DNA of 64,000 nt, from the NCBI GenBank assembly GCA_964247055.1, contig OZ176050.1, positions 2,356,001 through 2,420,000 on the forward strand. The letters run 5' to 3'. The notes under the pieces were generated by a model. The model had not been told where the DNA came from. It saw only the letters and a list, made by a program, of their open reading frames with translations, and searched no databases. The position numbers and the translations under genes were made by a program. Below are positions 1-12,466 of this stretch, piece after piece. The stretch is from Paragordius varius (taxonomy: Eukaryota; Animalia; Nematomorpha). Every line of letters starts with the position of its first letter. The stretch's first letter is position 1.

Positions 1-1530
1 TTGTAAATAAATTACACTTTCAAAAGTTAATTGTTCTCATGTATTGGAAAAAAAAATATTTTTTATAGTTTAGTAACTTCTAGAGTATAAATGTGGTACA
101 GCTCAAAAACACAAGTAAAACATTAGCTGATATGAAAAATTATCAAGTTTTTACTGTTAAATGTAGTCTAAGTCTTTATGAAGTTAATTTACATTTTCCA
201 TAATATACATTTAATTGCCCGGTGCATTAACATTTGGATAGAACACATTCATTTCAATCCTCCGATTCAAATTGGTAGTTGGATATCCCAGAGCTATTTA
301 AAATAATATAATTCAAAAATACGGAATGATTTGAAACCATGGCAAGAATTTGCACTATATAACATTAATGAACCAAAATATATAAAAAGGTTCTATCAAA
401 AATACTTGATATAATTTTAAGCTAAAACCGCAAGGTAAAAATTTAGTCAACATGACATGTGTGCACTAGCTAAATATATAAAAAATACAAATCAAACCAC
501 ATTTTTTGTTTCTATAGATGTGATTTAAAGAATTAGCTTTAATTTTGGCTATAAAATCAACACTTGGATACACACATTCGTTTTAGTCCTTCGATTTAAA
601 TTGGGGTAATTAAATACGCCAGGCCTGTTCAAAATTAAATTCTTTAAAGTATATGGAAGGAATCGATACCACGGCAAAATTTTGCACATATAACATTAAT
701 AAACAAAAATATATAAAAAATTAAAAATACTTGATATTAATTATTTGCAGCTAAACCCAAAAAGTAAAAAATTAGTCCACGTGACACCTGTGCAATGTTT
801 AAATTGAAAAACAATACAAAATAAACCGCTTTTTATATTTCTACTAATGTTAAATGTAATATATATAAAAAATTACCTTTAAAATACCCTTAAAACTATA
901 AGACGATATTTTACAAAAAAAATTGTGAAATAAAAATTGCGTCGAAGTAGTTTGACATGAAACTTTTTTTTTCAAAACAAAATTTTATTTAGATATTTTG
1001 GAATATTTATATATGGAAGCATAAATTTAAATTAGGACAGTTTCCTTTAGTAGTTTTTTAAAAATCCTAACTCAAATAGTCTGGGGTATTTAGATACCCC
1101 AATTTGAATCGAAGTGTTATATAAACACGATATTTTGCAAATATGTAGCAAAAGAAAAATGGCGTCGAACCAGTTTGATATGAAACTTTTTTTTCAAAAT
1201 AAAATTTTATTTTGAATCGGCTTGTTTATATAATTTTTATTGAGATAGAAGCCTAAAATTAAAGTGTGACCGTTTCTTTCTGTAATTTTTGAAAAATATC
1301 AACTTAAATATTGTCTGGAGTAGTTAACTCAAATTCGAATCGAAGTGTTAACGATTAAAAAAAATGACGGCAAAAAAGTTTGACATGAGGATTTTTTACA
1401 ATTTTAAATTTTGAAAATGTATAATGTGCCTAAAAGGATAGCCTATTTTGATTTTTGGCTGAATACCCGATATCCTTAGATATTCAAATTGCAGTTGGCT
1501 GTTTAAAAATACCCATAAGATAATGCAGTG
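1..1530 (+). mobile_element. piggyBac-type MITE family F2, split by the F1 nest (1-226 + 1352-1530)
   Basis: 1-226 aligns by eye to 23140-23380. 1352-1530 continues that alignment and ends TACCCCA...GCAGTG|TTAA. Confidence 0.6.
231..1347 (+). mobile_element. piggyBac-type MITE family F1: outer copy (231-556 + 1121-1347) carrying a complete inner copy (561-1116)
   Basis: TTAA at 227-230 and 1348-1351. Termini CA(C/T)TTGGATA...CGAAGTG. The inner copy is flanked by degenerate TTAA (tcaa/ttat) and aligns by eye end to end with 43265-43819. Confidence 0.75.
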
Positions 1531-1649
1531 TTAAATCGCTATAGAAATAATCAATCGAATTATATACAAAAACCGTGTTTATCATATTTTAATGGGTCTT
1601 TATTATTTCATCATGGAATAAATAATTATTCACCAAAATTTTGCTAAAT

Positions 1650-2720
1650 CATCTAATACATTTTGGGGTAGTTTAATATCCTAGACCGATTTAAAATTTG
1701 AATATTTTAAAAAGAATTCAACCCATCGAATTTTACAAATTGTTTTTTAGTCTTTTAGGAGCATTAAAAAAAATTAACACTTCGATTCAAATTGGGGTAT
1801 CTAAATACCCCAGACTAAATTTAATTTAGGATTATTAAAAAACTACTGAGGGAAACACTCCCAATTTAAACTTATAGTTTTATCCTAATAAAAATTATAT
1901 ATATACAAAATATCTAAATAAAATTTTGTTAAATAGAATTTCTATGTCATACTATTTAGACGCCATTTTTATTTTACAAATTTGCAAAATATCGTCGTCA
2001 TTTAGTGTTAAGGGTAAAATTAAAGTTAATTATTTATTTATATCACATCTAACACTGATAGAAATAGAAAAAACGGTTTATTTTGTATTATTTTTTGATT
2101 TTACCATTTCAAACATGTCACGTTGACGAAATTTTTACCTTTCGGTTTTAGCTCAAAATAATTAATGTTAGATATCTTCGGATAAAGTTTTATATATATT
2201 TCATTTTATTAATGTTATATAGGTGCAAAATCTTCCCATGTCTTACATTCTTTCCTTATTTTTTAAAAGAATTTAATTTTAAACAGGCCTAAGGTAACTA
2301 ACTACCCCAATTTGAATTGAAGTACTGAATTGAATTTGTTGTATCCAATTGTTAAACAAAAGTATAAAAATGTACAAAAATTCTCATTTCAAATTTTTTG
2401 CCGCCGTTTTTTCCATATTTTTTTAAAAAATTGCTGCATGTTTTTAATATATGTATTATGGTTAGAAAAGCTATGCGACATCTTACCAGCAAAAACATGA
2501 TATATTTTGCTTTTAATAACACTTATTCGTTTCTATAATGTTTTGGTTTCCCAATTTTAGACTCTAGAAGTCACAAAACTATAAAAAATATAAGCTTTTT
2601 AGCTAATACATTTTGATAAATCAAAATTAATGAAAATATTCAAACCTGTAGTTTATTTACACCTTTCTGATACAAATACCCCAAAAGGTTTTCTGGGACA
2701 AAAAAGTAAAAAGGTAATCA
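1650..2720 (-). mobile_element. piggyBac-type MITE family F2, split by F1 (about 1650-1773 + 2356-2720)
   Basis: Starts TTTTGGGGTAGTTTAATATCC and ends ACAAAAAAGTAAAAAGGTAAT. Aligns to 12467-12938 and 40496-40968. Confidence 0.6.
1778..2351 (-). mobile_element. piggyBac-type MITE family F1, complete copy
   Basis: TTAA|CACTTCGATTCAAATTGGGGTATCTAAATACCCCAG ... GTATCCAATTG|TTAA; reverse complement of 561-1116. Confidence 0.8.
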
Positions 2721-4978
2721 ATCAAGCAAAATTCCAATTTTTGCATCAAACACTTTTGATATCAAGATTTACCATATATATATAATTCTTATCGCGCAAA
2801 AAACCTGCTCATTTTAGATGTCCAAAGATTTTAGATAGAGGCCTCATCGGATTTCACCAATTTTATATAAACATTGTTTTGCCTTATATGTGAAAAAATG
2901 ATATCTTTTTGAGATAATTAATGGAATAAAGCTTTGGCTTTCACCAAATTTTACTTAGCAAGATGTGTTCAAATTTACCATTTCCTGATTATAAACAGTT
3001 GCCATAAAAGAGTAAAAAACTATTTAAAATCGCTCATAAGGGCCAAAACCAAAATTACCATCATCATTTTCTCATTATATCAGGATATTTATTTATAATC
3101 CCAATTTATACTCACTGCTATGTCTGCCAAATTAACAATTTTATATAACTTCTAAGCGTTAGTAATTCGTAAAATTAAACACCGTGAGAATCCAGATATA
3201 CATCACAATGTTTACAGTTCATGAGATTAATTTTATATTTCCACACTTCGTTTACTGTTAGATTTCGAACATTCTAGTCCTACTATACGTAATTTAATCT
3301 TAGAAAGGTTGTTTCATAATGGTAATGTGACCAGATAGGCTGTTTTTCGCAGTGCAGTACTGGGTTTTCAGAAAAAAACTGCGCCTGTACTGCGCCCACT
3401 TTTGTACTGCTTTTTGAAGTTACAAAAATAATATATTTTATATATATATATTAACTACCTTTTATTTATTCAACGAAATTATTTTAGAATATTAAATATA
3501 AAACCCTCTATAAAATTAACCCCATAATTTGTAAAGGTTTCTTTTGCGGTAAAAAAAACTATTGGCCTATTTTTAATTGGTTAATATTTCATTTTGCTCG
3601 AATTATATATAAAATTTAGGATATCAGCCTTTCGTGCAGTGGCGAAACTATAAATCTCGGACCTTACATTGTAAGATTCAGGCTAATGGCTCTTTCACTC
3701 AGAGCTTCCACAAAAAGAGGTGCCTCAAAATTTAAAATTACCAAAATTAATTTATGATATATTAATAAATGTTTGATCAGGTTTAAGTTCATTTTTTGTT
3801 ATAATTATCAAACGGAAAATTATATAGAATATTCCCGTAAAATATTTTATAAAATTTATTATATATGGCATATGATTTCGAAATAACTATCTTTCGTATT
3901 TAAAAATTAAAAGTTTTTTACGTTTTTTATACTAATTAGGTAGCTATGATATTTCCTAAATTTTTTCCTAACTTAAATTTTTGTTTTCTTATTATTTTGC
4001 ATAAACAAATTTGAGATATTTTGTTGACACTTCAAACTATTTTGAAGCATCATGTAAACGGTATAACTAATTAAGATATAATAAAACCCTTTTTCTGAAT
4101 AATCGAACATTCTATAGGTTGAGCATCTTAATTTAAAGGTTTGTTTGCTTGCGAATTTTTGCAAAGAAAACATTTTTATTTAACATAAATTTGAAAACGA
4201 ACGAATATTTTAATCGAGATTCTGAGTGAGAAAAATATATATTATCGAAATATAAATTTTAAGTGTTATTATAACATCTCAACCGTTTATATAGTTTCCA
4301 TCATGCTGAAAATAGTATGAAGTACGCTTCAACATTATTTTTTCCAAAAATTAAATTTTTGCAAGTATGCATTTTTTTAAATGTATTTATTTGATATCAA
4401 AATTTAGTATATACTCAAAAATACTCCACAAAGTCGGAATTTTTGCGTTTATTTTAAGAGATTAGAAAGAGCCAAAAAATATGGGACCTTCAAAGCCCAC
4501 ATCTAAAAATTTAAAATTTTTAAAAATGTTGTTTTGGTTTATATATGTAGTTAATGTTATATTTTAGTGATATTTTTTAAAATACAGCATTTAGCTTCCA
4601 CCAAAAAATATATTTGAAAATATTGCGCACCTTTTGCAATTTTATACGGAGCAATTACCACGTGTAAATAACTTTCTTTAATAACTCGTAAAGGTTAAAA
4701 CCAAAAGCATTACGATAATCCAGATATTTTCCTATCAGAATATATATATTTCATCAGGATATTTTTTTATGAAAACTGTGTAATATACCACACCGATGGT
4801 GTGAAAACAGGCAAAGTGAGTTTTAATTTTGTACTGCGCCCAAGTTCAAAATATTTGGTCACATTACATAATGGAGCAATATGCTTGACAAAATCGTGAT
4901 GGGTTTTAGAAATTAAAATTTTTTGCAACGAAATTACACCATATAAAGACACCATTAACAAACACTACTTTTTTTGAA

Positions 4979-7479
4979 ATGTCAAACGAAAATTATCCCC
5001 CTGTTGTAATCGAGCAAAAGGAGTTAAAAAACGGAGATAATGATACTAAAATTAAGTTTATTCAAGGAAACGATGATTCTAAATTGGATGAAAAGGCAAG
5101 AGAAGGTTTTACCGGCTTAACAAAAGAAGAACTGATGGAATATGCCAATGATCCTTTTTGGGTCAGATTGCGCTGGTTTTTGTTCATATTGTTTTGGTTG
5201 GTGTGGATTGCAATGTTGGTAGCCGCAATTGTTTTGATAATAAGAGCTCCTCGCTGTCCAAAGAAAGCCGTGCAAACTTGGGCCCATGATTCAGCTTTAT
5301 ATCAATTATATCCCAAATCATTCAAGGACAATAATGGGGATGGCGTTGGTGATTTGAATGGTATATCCTCAAAAATAGATTATTTATCTGGTAAAAGCAT
5401 AAAGAACGTATTGTTATATTCTCCGTTCAATACAAACCCTGATTATGAGGACGAAGCTGTGGTTAACTTTACTCGAATAAATCCCAAACTCGGAACTAAT
5501 GAAGAGTTTCAAGATTTAATAACTAAACTCCATAATAATGGCATGAAAGTTATTGTGGAATTGGACATCCATCATACCTATACCACTCATCCATGGTTCC
5601 AAAAATCTTTACAAAACAACACTCGCCACCGAGATTTTTATGTTTGGGCCGATGGCATAGGAAACAATCCTCCATCAAATGATGTATAAATTTATTATTC
5701 TTTTAATTTCTTGAATAAAATTTACTTTATTTTATTTGAAATAGAAAAGTTTATGGACTGGACCTGCTTGGAATTATTCTCCCGATCGCCGTCAATATTA
5801 TCTAAGTGATTACAGTTTGAATCATCCAAATTTAAATTTGGCCAACAGTGTGGTCCAGTCCGAAATTAAGGACGTTATTGATTTTTGGTCCCAAAAGGGT
5901 GTTGATGGATTTTATTTACCAAATGCTGATATTTGGTTTAGGAGTATTCCTTCTTCCTATTTCAATAACTCCAGTCCTACAGGCAATTTGACTTTGCCCC
6001 AATCTAAAACTGTAGAATTGATAAACTACCTCAAGAAGGCTGCACCCAACAAGTAATAACACTTTCTATTATATTCCATGGTTTTTTCATTGCTTTCAAC
6101 CCTTTCTAATATGTTTGTTTTATGTGTATGTACAATAGAGTTTTCTTAGTATCGGCGTATGACGATAACAGTCATGTACCACTCCTTGCCTCAAACGCCG
6201 ATTTAGTTTCCAACAAAGCGCTCACCAAAATTGATGCAAATTGTGATTCGACTTGCATTAAAAATATTGTGTCTTCCCAAATCAAAAATCCACAAAGGGA
6301 AGCTTTTATGGTAATATTTTATATCTTTTTTTTCACGTAGCGTTTATTACATAGTTCCTAAAATTTTTATTTTTCCCTATTATCTAACATTTTTTCCCTC
6401 TTATATATAATAATAAACATGCCAACTCTTTACCGAATTCCGTCTTTTAAAAATTTATGTATTGTCATTTCCTAATACTATTACGTGATGATAGCTTGGT
6501 GATAAAGATATTAGTCGTATCGCTACACGCCTAAGTAGAGGGGCTGGAAGTCCCACACCGCCCAACACATATCTCACGGCTTTGAATGCTCTGATGCTCC
6601 TTTTACCAGGAACTTCTATGCCTTACTATGGGGATGAAATAGGAATTCATGATAATCCTTTAACCATTCCCAACGCTAATCAACCGTCTTTGGCTCCGGT
6701 TCCGAATCCTCCTACCACCTATGACATGTTGTGTAAAATGGCCTTTATGGTATATAAATATATAATTTTGAGCTTTTTTAATAATCTTTATTTACAAATT
6801 TTGCCTGTTTATTAACCTTTTTAAAAAATAAATGTCCGTTAAAATAGGGTAAATGCCGTGATTCTTATCGTTCACCGATGCAATGGACATCTGGACTGAA
6901 TGCAGGATTTTCCAACTTTTCTGGTCCCTTGTGGTTACCACCTAATACGGATTACGTACAAAATAATGTTCAAGTATAATGCATAATTTAAATATATTCG
7001 GTATAATTTTATATGGTAAAATTCTAATATTTTACGTATTTGCTTACACAGGATGCAAAATATCTCCCAGCATTTTCCAAATTTTTGGAGCTTAAGCTAA
7101 AAGAACCATTTTCTTCCTCCGTTTCAAGCAATTTTGAGATGTTGGATGGAAATCCATCTATACTTGCTTTCACCCGTTCGAACAAAGCCGACAAATATTT
7201 GGTCCTCATCAACTTTGGCAAGGTACAAAAATAATTTTGCTAAATCATTTCGATTTGTTATTTTTCCAATATTTTTTTCCACAGAATCCAGCCACATTTT
7301 TAAATCGCAATTCCAAAGGTGATGCTCTAGCCTCCAAGGCTCAACTCGTAGTTAATTCATTTGAAAAATCTACGCTAGAACCTTCGACTGATTCAAAAAC
7401 TATTAAAGTTGGTGAGGAGTCACCTTTTGGAGATCAGTTACTGGCGCCTGGTCAAGTCTTGATCTACAAATTGAAATAA
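4979..7479 (+). CDS. SLC3-family heteromeric amino-acid transporter heavy chain (CD98hc/4F2hc/rBAT-like; GH13 alpha-amylase fold), 7 exons
   Basis: Exons 4979-5683, 5745-6052, 6139-6310, 6495-6749, 6848-6973, 7052-7222 and 7285-7479 join in frame through GT-AG introns of 61-184 nt. The N-terminus has the SLC3 signature LTKEELMEYANDPFWVRLRW, then a TM helix, then APRC (the Cys that bonds to the light chain). GH13 motifs follow: YQLYPKSFKDNNGDGVGDLNGI, FWSQKGVDGF, LLLPGTSMPYYGDEIG, RDSYRSPMQW. Confidence 0.93.
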
Positions 7480-8199
7480 ATTTTATGAAATATATTAATA
7501 TTATATATATAACATTATGGTTTTTTAAACTTTACATTTGATCAGCATTAAACTTGTATTTTTTATTTTTCTTGCACGCATTCAAAGCTTAAATTTTAAT
7601 TTTAAGGACCATATTTTTGCCGCAAACTTTATTTTATTTCAAATTTTAATATTGCTTTTATAGCTTGCACAACTATACATATCAAATAAATTATTTGATA
7701 TTTTTTGATCCTTTTTTTTCAAATAGTACGTACACATATTGCAATAAGTGAGGTGAAGGTAATACAAATATTACATAAATTTTAATCATTACAAAACGCC
7801 TTAGGTTAATTACATCATTTTTAAGTGATTATACTAATACGTTGTTTAATATTAAATTAATACATATATGTGTAAAATGCCCTTTGGACAAGCTTATATA
7901 AAACTATCATTATTTTATAAATAAATTAATTATTCAAAATAGGATAAATGAAAGCAATAATTATGTGTTTAAAAGTATGACAAAGCCTAATTATATGTTA
8001 AAAAATTATATTTAAGTACCTTTATCCTCAACCAATTATATCTTTCATAATGTCACAAAAAGAATAGTTGGTTACCTTTTTTATGATATATTTTGTCCAT
8101 CTACGAAGCTTTTATGGGAATTGAATTTCTTGGATATTTAAAAATATTAAAAAAAATGACCGATAATTAGAAGCTAATAATACATTTTTTACATGAGAG

Positions 8200-8850
8200 T
8201 GTATTTAACAGAGTCTGGAGCTCTACCTAACGGCTAAAAAATGTAAAAAATATCCAAAACTATGAATGATATATGGCTTATCTGAGAAGTTGCTTTAATG
8301 CCACGTTTATTTTATGGTAGCGTATTTAACATAGGGTGAGAGACTCTGCATGGATGTTTATAAAAAGTGCTTAACTAAAATTTTTGCTTTTGTCATGGAC
8401 ATAGGTAAAACCCTATTCAATCTTTATGGTCTCATAGGTCGAATTCGTTTAAAAGCCACGTTATTTTTGTAGAGTAGCGCATTTTACAGAGGATGTGGAT
8501 CCCTATACAGCGGCTGATTAAAAAGAATCTGTACGCTTAAAATTTTGCCTATCTCAAACCCACTATTATATAGTCTAATAAGGGCAAAAATTTGCTTCAA
8601 ATTTTCAATTTTATGAACTTAATTTTTTGATAATCTCAAACATGGGGACTCGTATGGAGAAGCAAAAGTAGACTGACCATGTTCGGCGCTTTCTATAAAA
8701 CACGATTAGGGACTTCGCATTTTTAAACCTCTTTCTACCAATTGGGGCTTAACTGAGAATGGGAAAAAGAGGTCGACTATGTCAGCGCATTAATAAATGA
8801 CAATCCACCTATGAACATCCTACAAGTTTCCGAAAATTTCAATGCCACAT
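8200..8850 (+). repeat. Diverged relative of the 50.8-51.9 kb element with ~165-bp degenerate tandem units
   Basis: Shares ACACGATTAGGGACTT, GAC(C/T)ATGTTCGGCGC and GGTCTCATA with 51.0-51.9 kb. GCCACGTT...GTAGCG.ATTT.ACA recurs at about 8300 and 8455. Confidence 0.5.
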
Positions 8851-9179
8851 TCATTTTTATTAAATTTATTCGGAATAAAAAATAATATTTTTCAAATTCA
8901 TATACACTAGCCGATTATATGTTTTTGCATTCGGCACATTTATTGTTAAAATCCTTAATTCCTATATAATTACTTAAGGGCTCGGAGTAAATTGATTTTT
9001 ATCATTCCTAATCACGAATTAAACAATCATTTAAATCAGCGGCATATAAAATGCTGTCCGCGGAGAAATTTTGAGGGATCTATAATTACCAAATAAATCT
9101 TAACACTTAATATATTTTATTATGATTCATTTGTTTAAGAGTTAATAAAATAAAAAATAAGTTTATTTAATACTAATTT

Positions 9180-9800
9180 ATGTTATCCACAGCAAAACAT
9201 ACTGCGGCCTAAAAAATTTAGGAAACAAGTATTAATGCCCAAGTTATCCAATACAATGTTTGAATCACAATATTGGCCAAATTTAACACAAATAAAAGCT
9301 CTCCGTGTTAGAAATACATTTTGGATTTTTTAAATTTCTCCTCACCTAAAAGTTTCAAATTCAAAACCACAGCCTTATAGTTTTGATGTTACTTTCATAA
9401 AGTATGGAGTGAGCTTTATAATGAGATTCATTATCCCCATACAAACACATTTAATACAATCAGACTAATAATTTACCGTTCAAATGAGGTGTAATATATT
9501 ATGAAGAGTTTTTTACCCTGTTTTATTCAATCGAAACAATATTTAAATGAGTTTTCCAAAAATAGGCCGAACGTAAATAGCTTTTAAAAAATTCCAATCA
9601 GGCTTTACCATTGCCTTTATATTACTGCTAGCGATTTTTTATGGCCTCTATCCAGGGTCTTTACGAAAGGCTTCATAAAATAAAGACCTTGGTCCATTCC
9701 GAAATTTATATTATCAGCCAAGAAATCACTTTATTATTATTTTCGGATATCCATTTTTAAAATACCATGTTTACACGGGATCAAAACAGAGTGAAAACCA
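9180..9800 (-). pseudogene. Highly decayed non-LTR (LINE) reverse-transcriptase relic
   Basis: Minus strand gives, in the correct order but with frameshifts and stops: KTLDRGHKK (cf. KAFDTxDH), LEFFKSYL (cf. WFKSYL), KQG..LFIIY (cf. PQGS..LFxxY), LYGDN (cf. LYADD), IRLWF and FLG. Confidence 0.5.
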
Positions 9801-12210
9801 AAAAAATTGTTTTAATAGGCTATTTATAAAAAAAATAATTAAAATTTTATGTAGTTTTGCTGAATATTTAATCAATGTATGGATTAATGTCAAGGTGTTC
9901 GAGCGCTTGTAATGTTAAATTTCTGTTTATGAGTCGAGTCAAACATTTCGTATTTATATAATGCTAGTTAAATTAGTTTTTCCCCACACCTTTAGAAGCT
10001 TTAGTAAGATACGTCGAAAAGATGCATTTATGAATTGGTGTGTGGTGCAAGTCTATAAAAATATCAATTAGCTTTCAAAACCTTTTTTTCACTATTCCTA
10101 GTTATAATTACATATTTATAAGAAGATTCTATATTTCTTTTTAAAATAATGTCCAACAAAAAGAACAGCTTTCGCTTGTCTTCTATGTTGACAACTCAAA
10201 CCTTTAGTGTGAGGTACAGACTGATTAAAGTTCTGTTCTAAAACCCAAAACATTTTACGCGAACGAATCGTTCCATATTCAAACAACTAGATTATATCAA
10301 ATCATTTAACTATAAGTGTTTCTTACGTTGTTGATGTCATAAATAACCTAATATTCATAAATTAAGATAGTTAAAAAGCATTTTTGCATAGCATAGAGGC
10401 TTATAAATATCATACGCTTGCATATTGTAGCCATCAAAAGTTTTAAACGTTTTGACCATGCAATACATTACATATATGGTCATTATCTGGTTGTGGGATA
10501 TTGCCTTTTTATTTTTTTTAAAAAACGATAATAAGTGTTTTGTTCTGTTTTATATGCTCACTCATACATTCCAAACTACAATTCCTTCAAAGTGCAATAA
10601 GTCATAAAAATGTCAAAAATTTCTCTAACATGAAATAAATAAGTCCTTTCTCTCAATCTGACACTCTGTTAATGCAAAATAAAAAAACGATACTTGTTAT
10701 GCTTGTTTAATTTTAATTGTTCCTATAACAATAAATTATAAATTACTACAATGTATCCATCTATCTATCTATTTAGTTTTAGCTGGAAAGTGAATGTAAA
10801 AAACTAAAGTTGAATTAAATATTTCTTGTTTTATATGTGAATCATCAAAAAATCTCAAGAATTTAGTTTTGTAATCTTCTCTGTGTGGTGTGTTGCGTAA
10901 AAACACAGTATTTTTTTAATTAATTAATTTATTAGATTTTTTAGTTTTTTTTATTTTTAATTATCTGTCAGTATTGTCTTTTTTGGTAAGGACTAATGTG
11001 AAGTAAAGACTTGCTTTTCACGTAATACAAATATATCGTAAAGATGTAAATAATTTGGACAGTTTTATTGTCACGTTAAAGTTAAATAAATATCAAAAAT
11101 ACGCATTAATTTAGTTTTTTTCGTTAAAATTGTGTAAAAGTATGAATAAAATTATTATGTTTTATGTGTTATGATTGTTCCTCTAATATATAATACGAAA
11201 TTAAAGTCATCAATAAATTTTAATCTAGATAAAAGAGTTTACACCAAAATCCTTCAAATATAATTTGATAATCTCAAAGCTGTCACATGCATACAAGGAA
11301 ATATTTATGATAATTTAAGTTTTTTTAGCAAATTTGAGACGTTAGAGCCTCAAAATTGACAAATAAATTCAGTATTTTGATAAAATTAAAATTTTTTATC
11401 TAAATAAGTAATAAGTATAGTTAAATTGTTAAATGGCAGTTAGTTAGTTAGAGAGTTAGTTAATCTTTTTAAATTAAATTAGCATCATTCACTTAAACAA
11501 AATTAATCCATTTAAAATTAATTTTTGAAGATTTTCATAAACGTTATTTGAATAATTGATGGCAATAGCATAGAAATTAAATTAAAATGTTTGTCAATAG
11601 TTTTTTCCCAAAATTAAAATAATTTTAAGGGATTAATATTTTTACACTATGCACATTGCTTTCCTTAAATCAAAATTGGGAAAATTGAAAATTTCAAATA
11701 ATTAAGAGATTTAAATCATTGATTTCGATTTTAATATTGAGGTGCGTAAAAAGTATTAGATTTTCCCAGAATCAAAGATTAGATACGAATATAAAGTTAC
11801 TTTAGTAAATTATCATTGTGTGTTTGAAGAGGAGTTTTAAACGGATAAAAAATAAAAACCTATTTGTTTAACAATTCTCGTGGGTGTTACTTAATGTGAT
11901 AATGTATATATATTATAAAAAGATGCTCTTTTTGATTGCTGATGTTAATGTTATGGTGTCTAAATGTCTAAAGTATCAGTAAATAGATATTTTGGAATGC
12001 GGTTTTATTTTTATTATATAAAATTGACTAAAAAAGAGGATATTTTAATATAATGTATAACAAACCTCCATGATATTACTGATTTCAGAGATGCTATGCA
12101 CATGGGCACCACAAATATTTGATAGGCCAGTATTTTATATTTGATGATTAGCAAAGATATCATTTAAATGCTTGAGCATTTCCTAATATGGTTTTGTATT
12201 ATTTCTCAAC

Positions 12211-12427
12211 CAGTGGCTTAGCTATAAGGGGGAAGGGGAGTTAATAGACTGGGCCCGCTGAAGGGGCGCCGGATTTCAAAATTTTAAAAATGGGTATTAA
12301 AAGGGTTATTATTTTAAATAATACATAAAAAAATCGCCCTTTATGAGTGGTGACCACGGTTAGAATTTGATTATTTTTTTAAATGCATGTAGGGGGAGGG
12401 GCGCCAGAAATCCAAGCTACGCCTCTA
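12211..12427. mobile_element. hAT-type MITE
   Basis: CAGTGGCTTAGCT ... AGCTACGCCTCTA termini, with a degenerate 8-bp target duplication ttctcaac/ttgacaac. Confidence 0.65.
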
Positions 12428-12466
12428 TTGACAACACATTAATTTTAAAAAAGTAAAAACTATCAA

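Noticed and set aside
2741-4304. ATF4/CARE-like TGATGnAA matches (reverse strand, near 2741 and 4296) upstream of the SLC3 gene
   Set aside because: The motif is short and AT-rich and is expected by chance in this base composition.
4979-7479. Calling this gene an active maltase/alpha-glucosidase
   Set aside because: The N-terminal SLC3 TM segment with the light-chain Cys and the loss of the nucleophile Asp indicate a transporter heavy chain.
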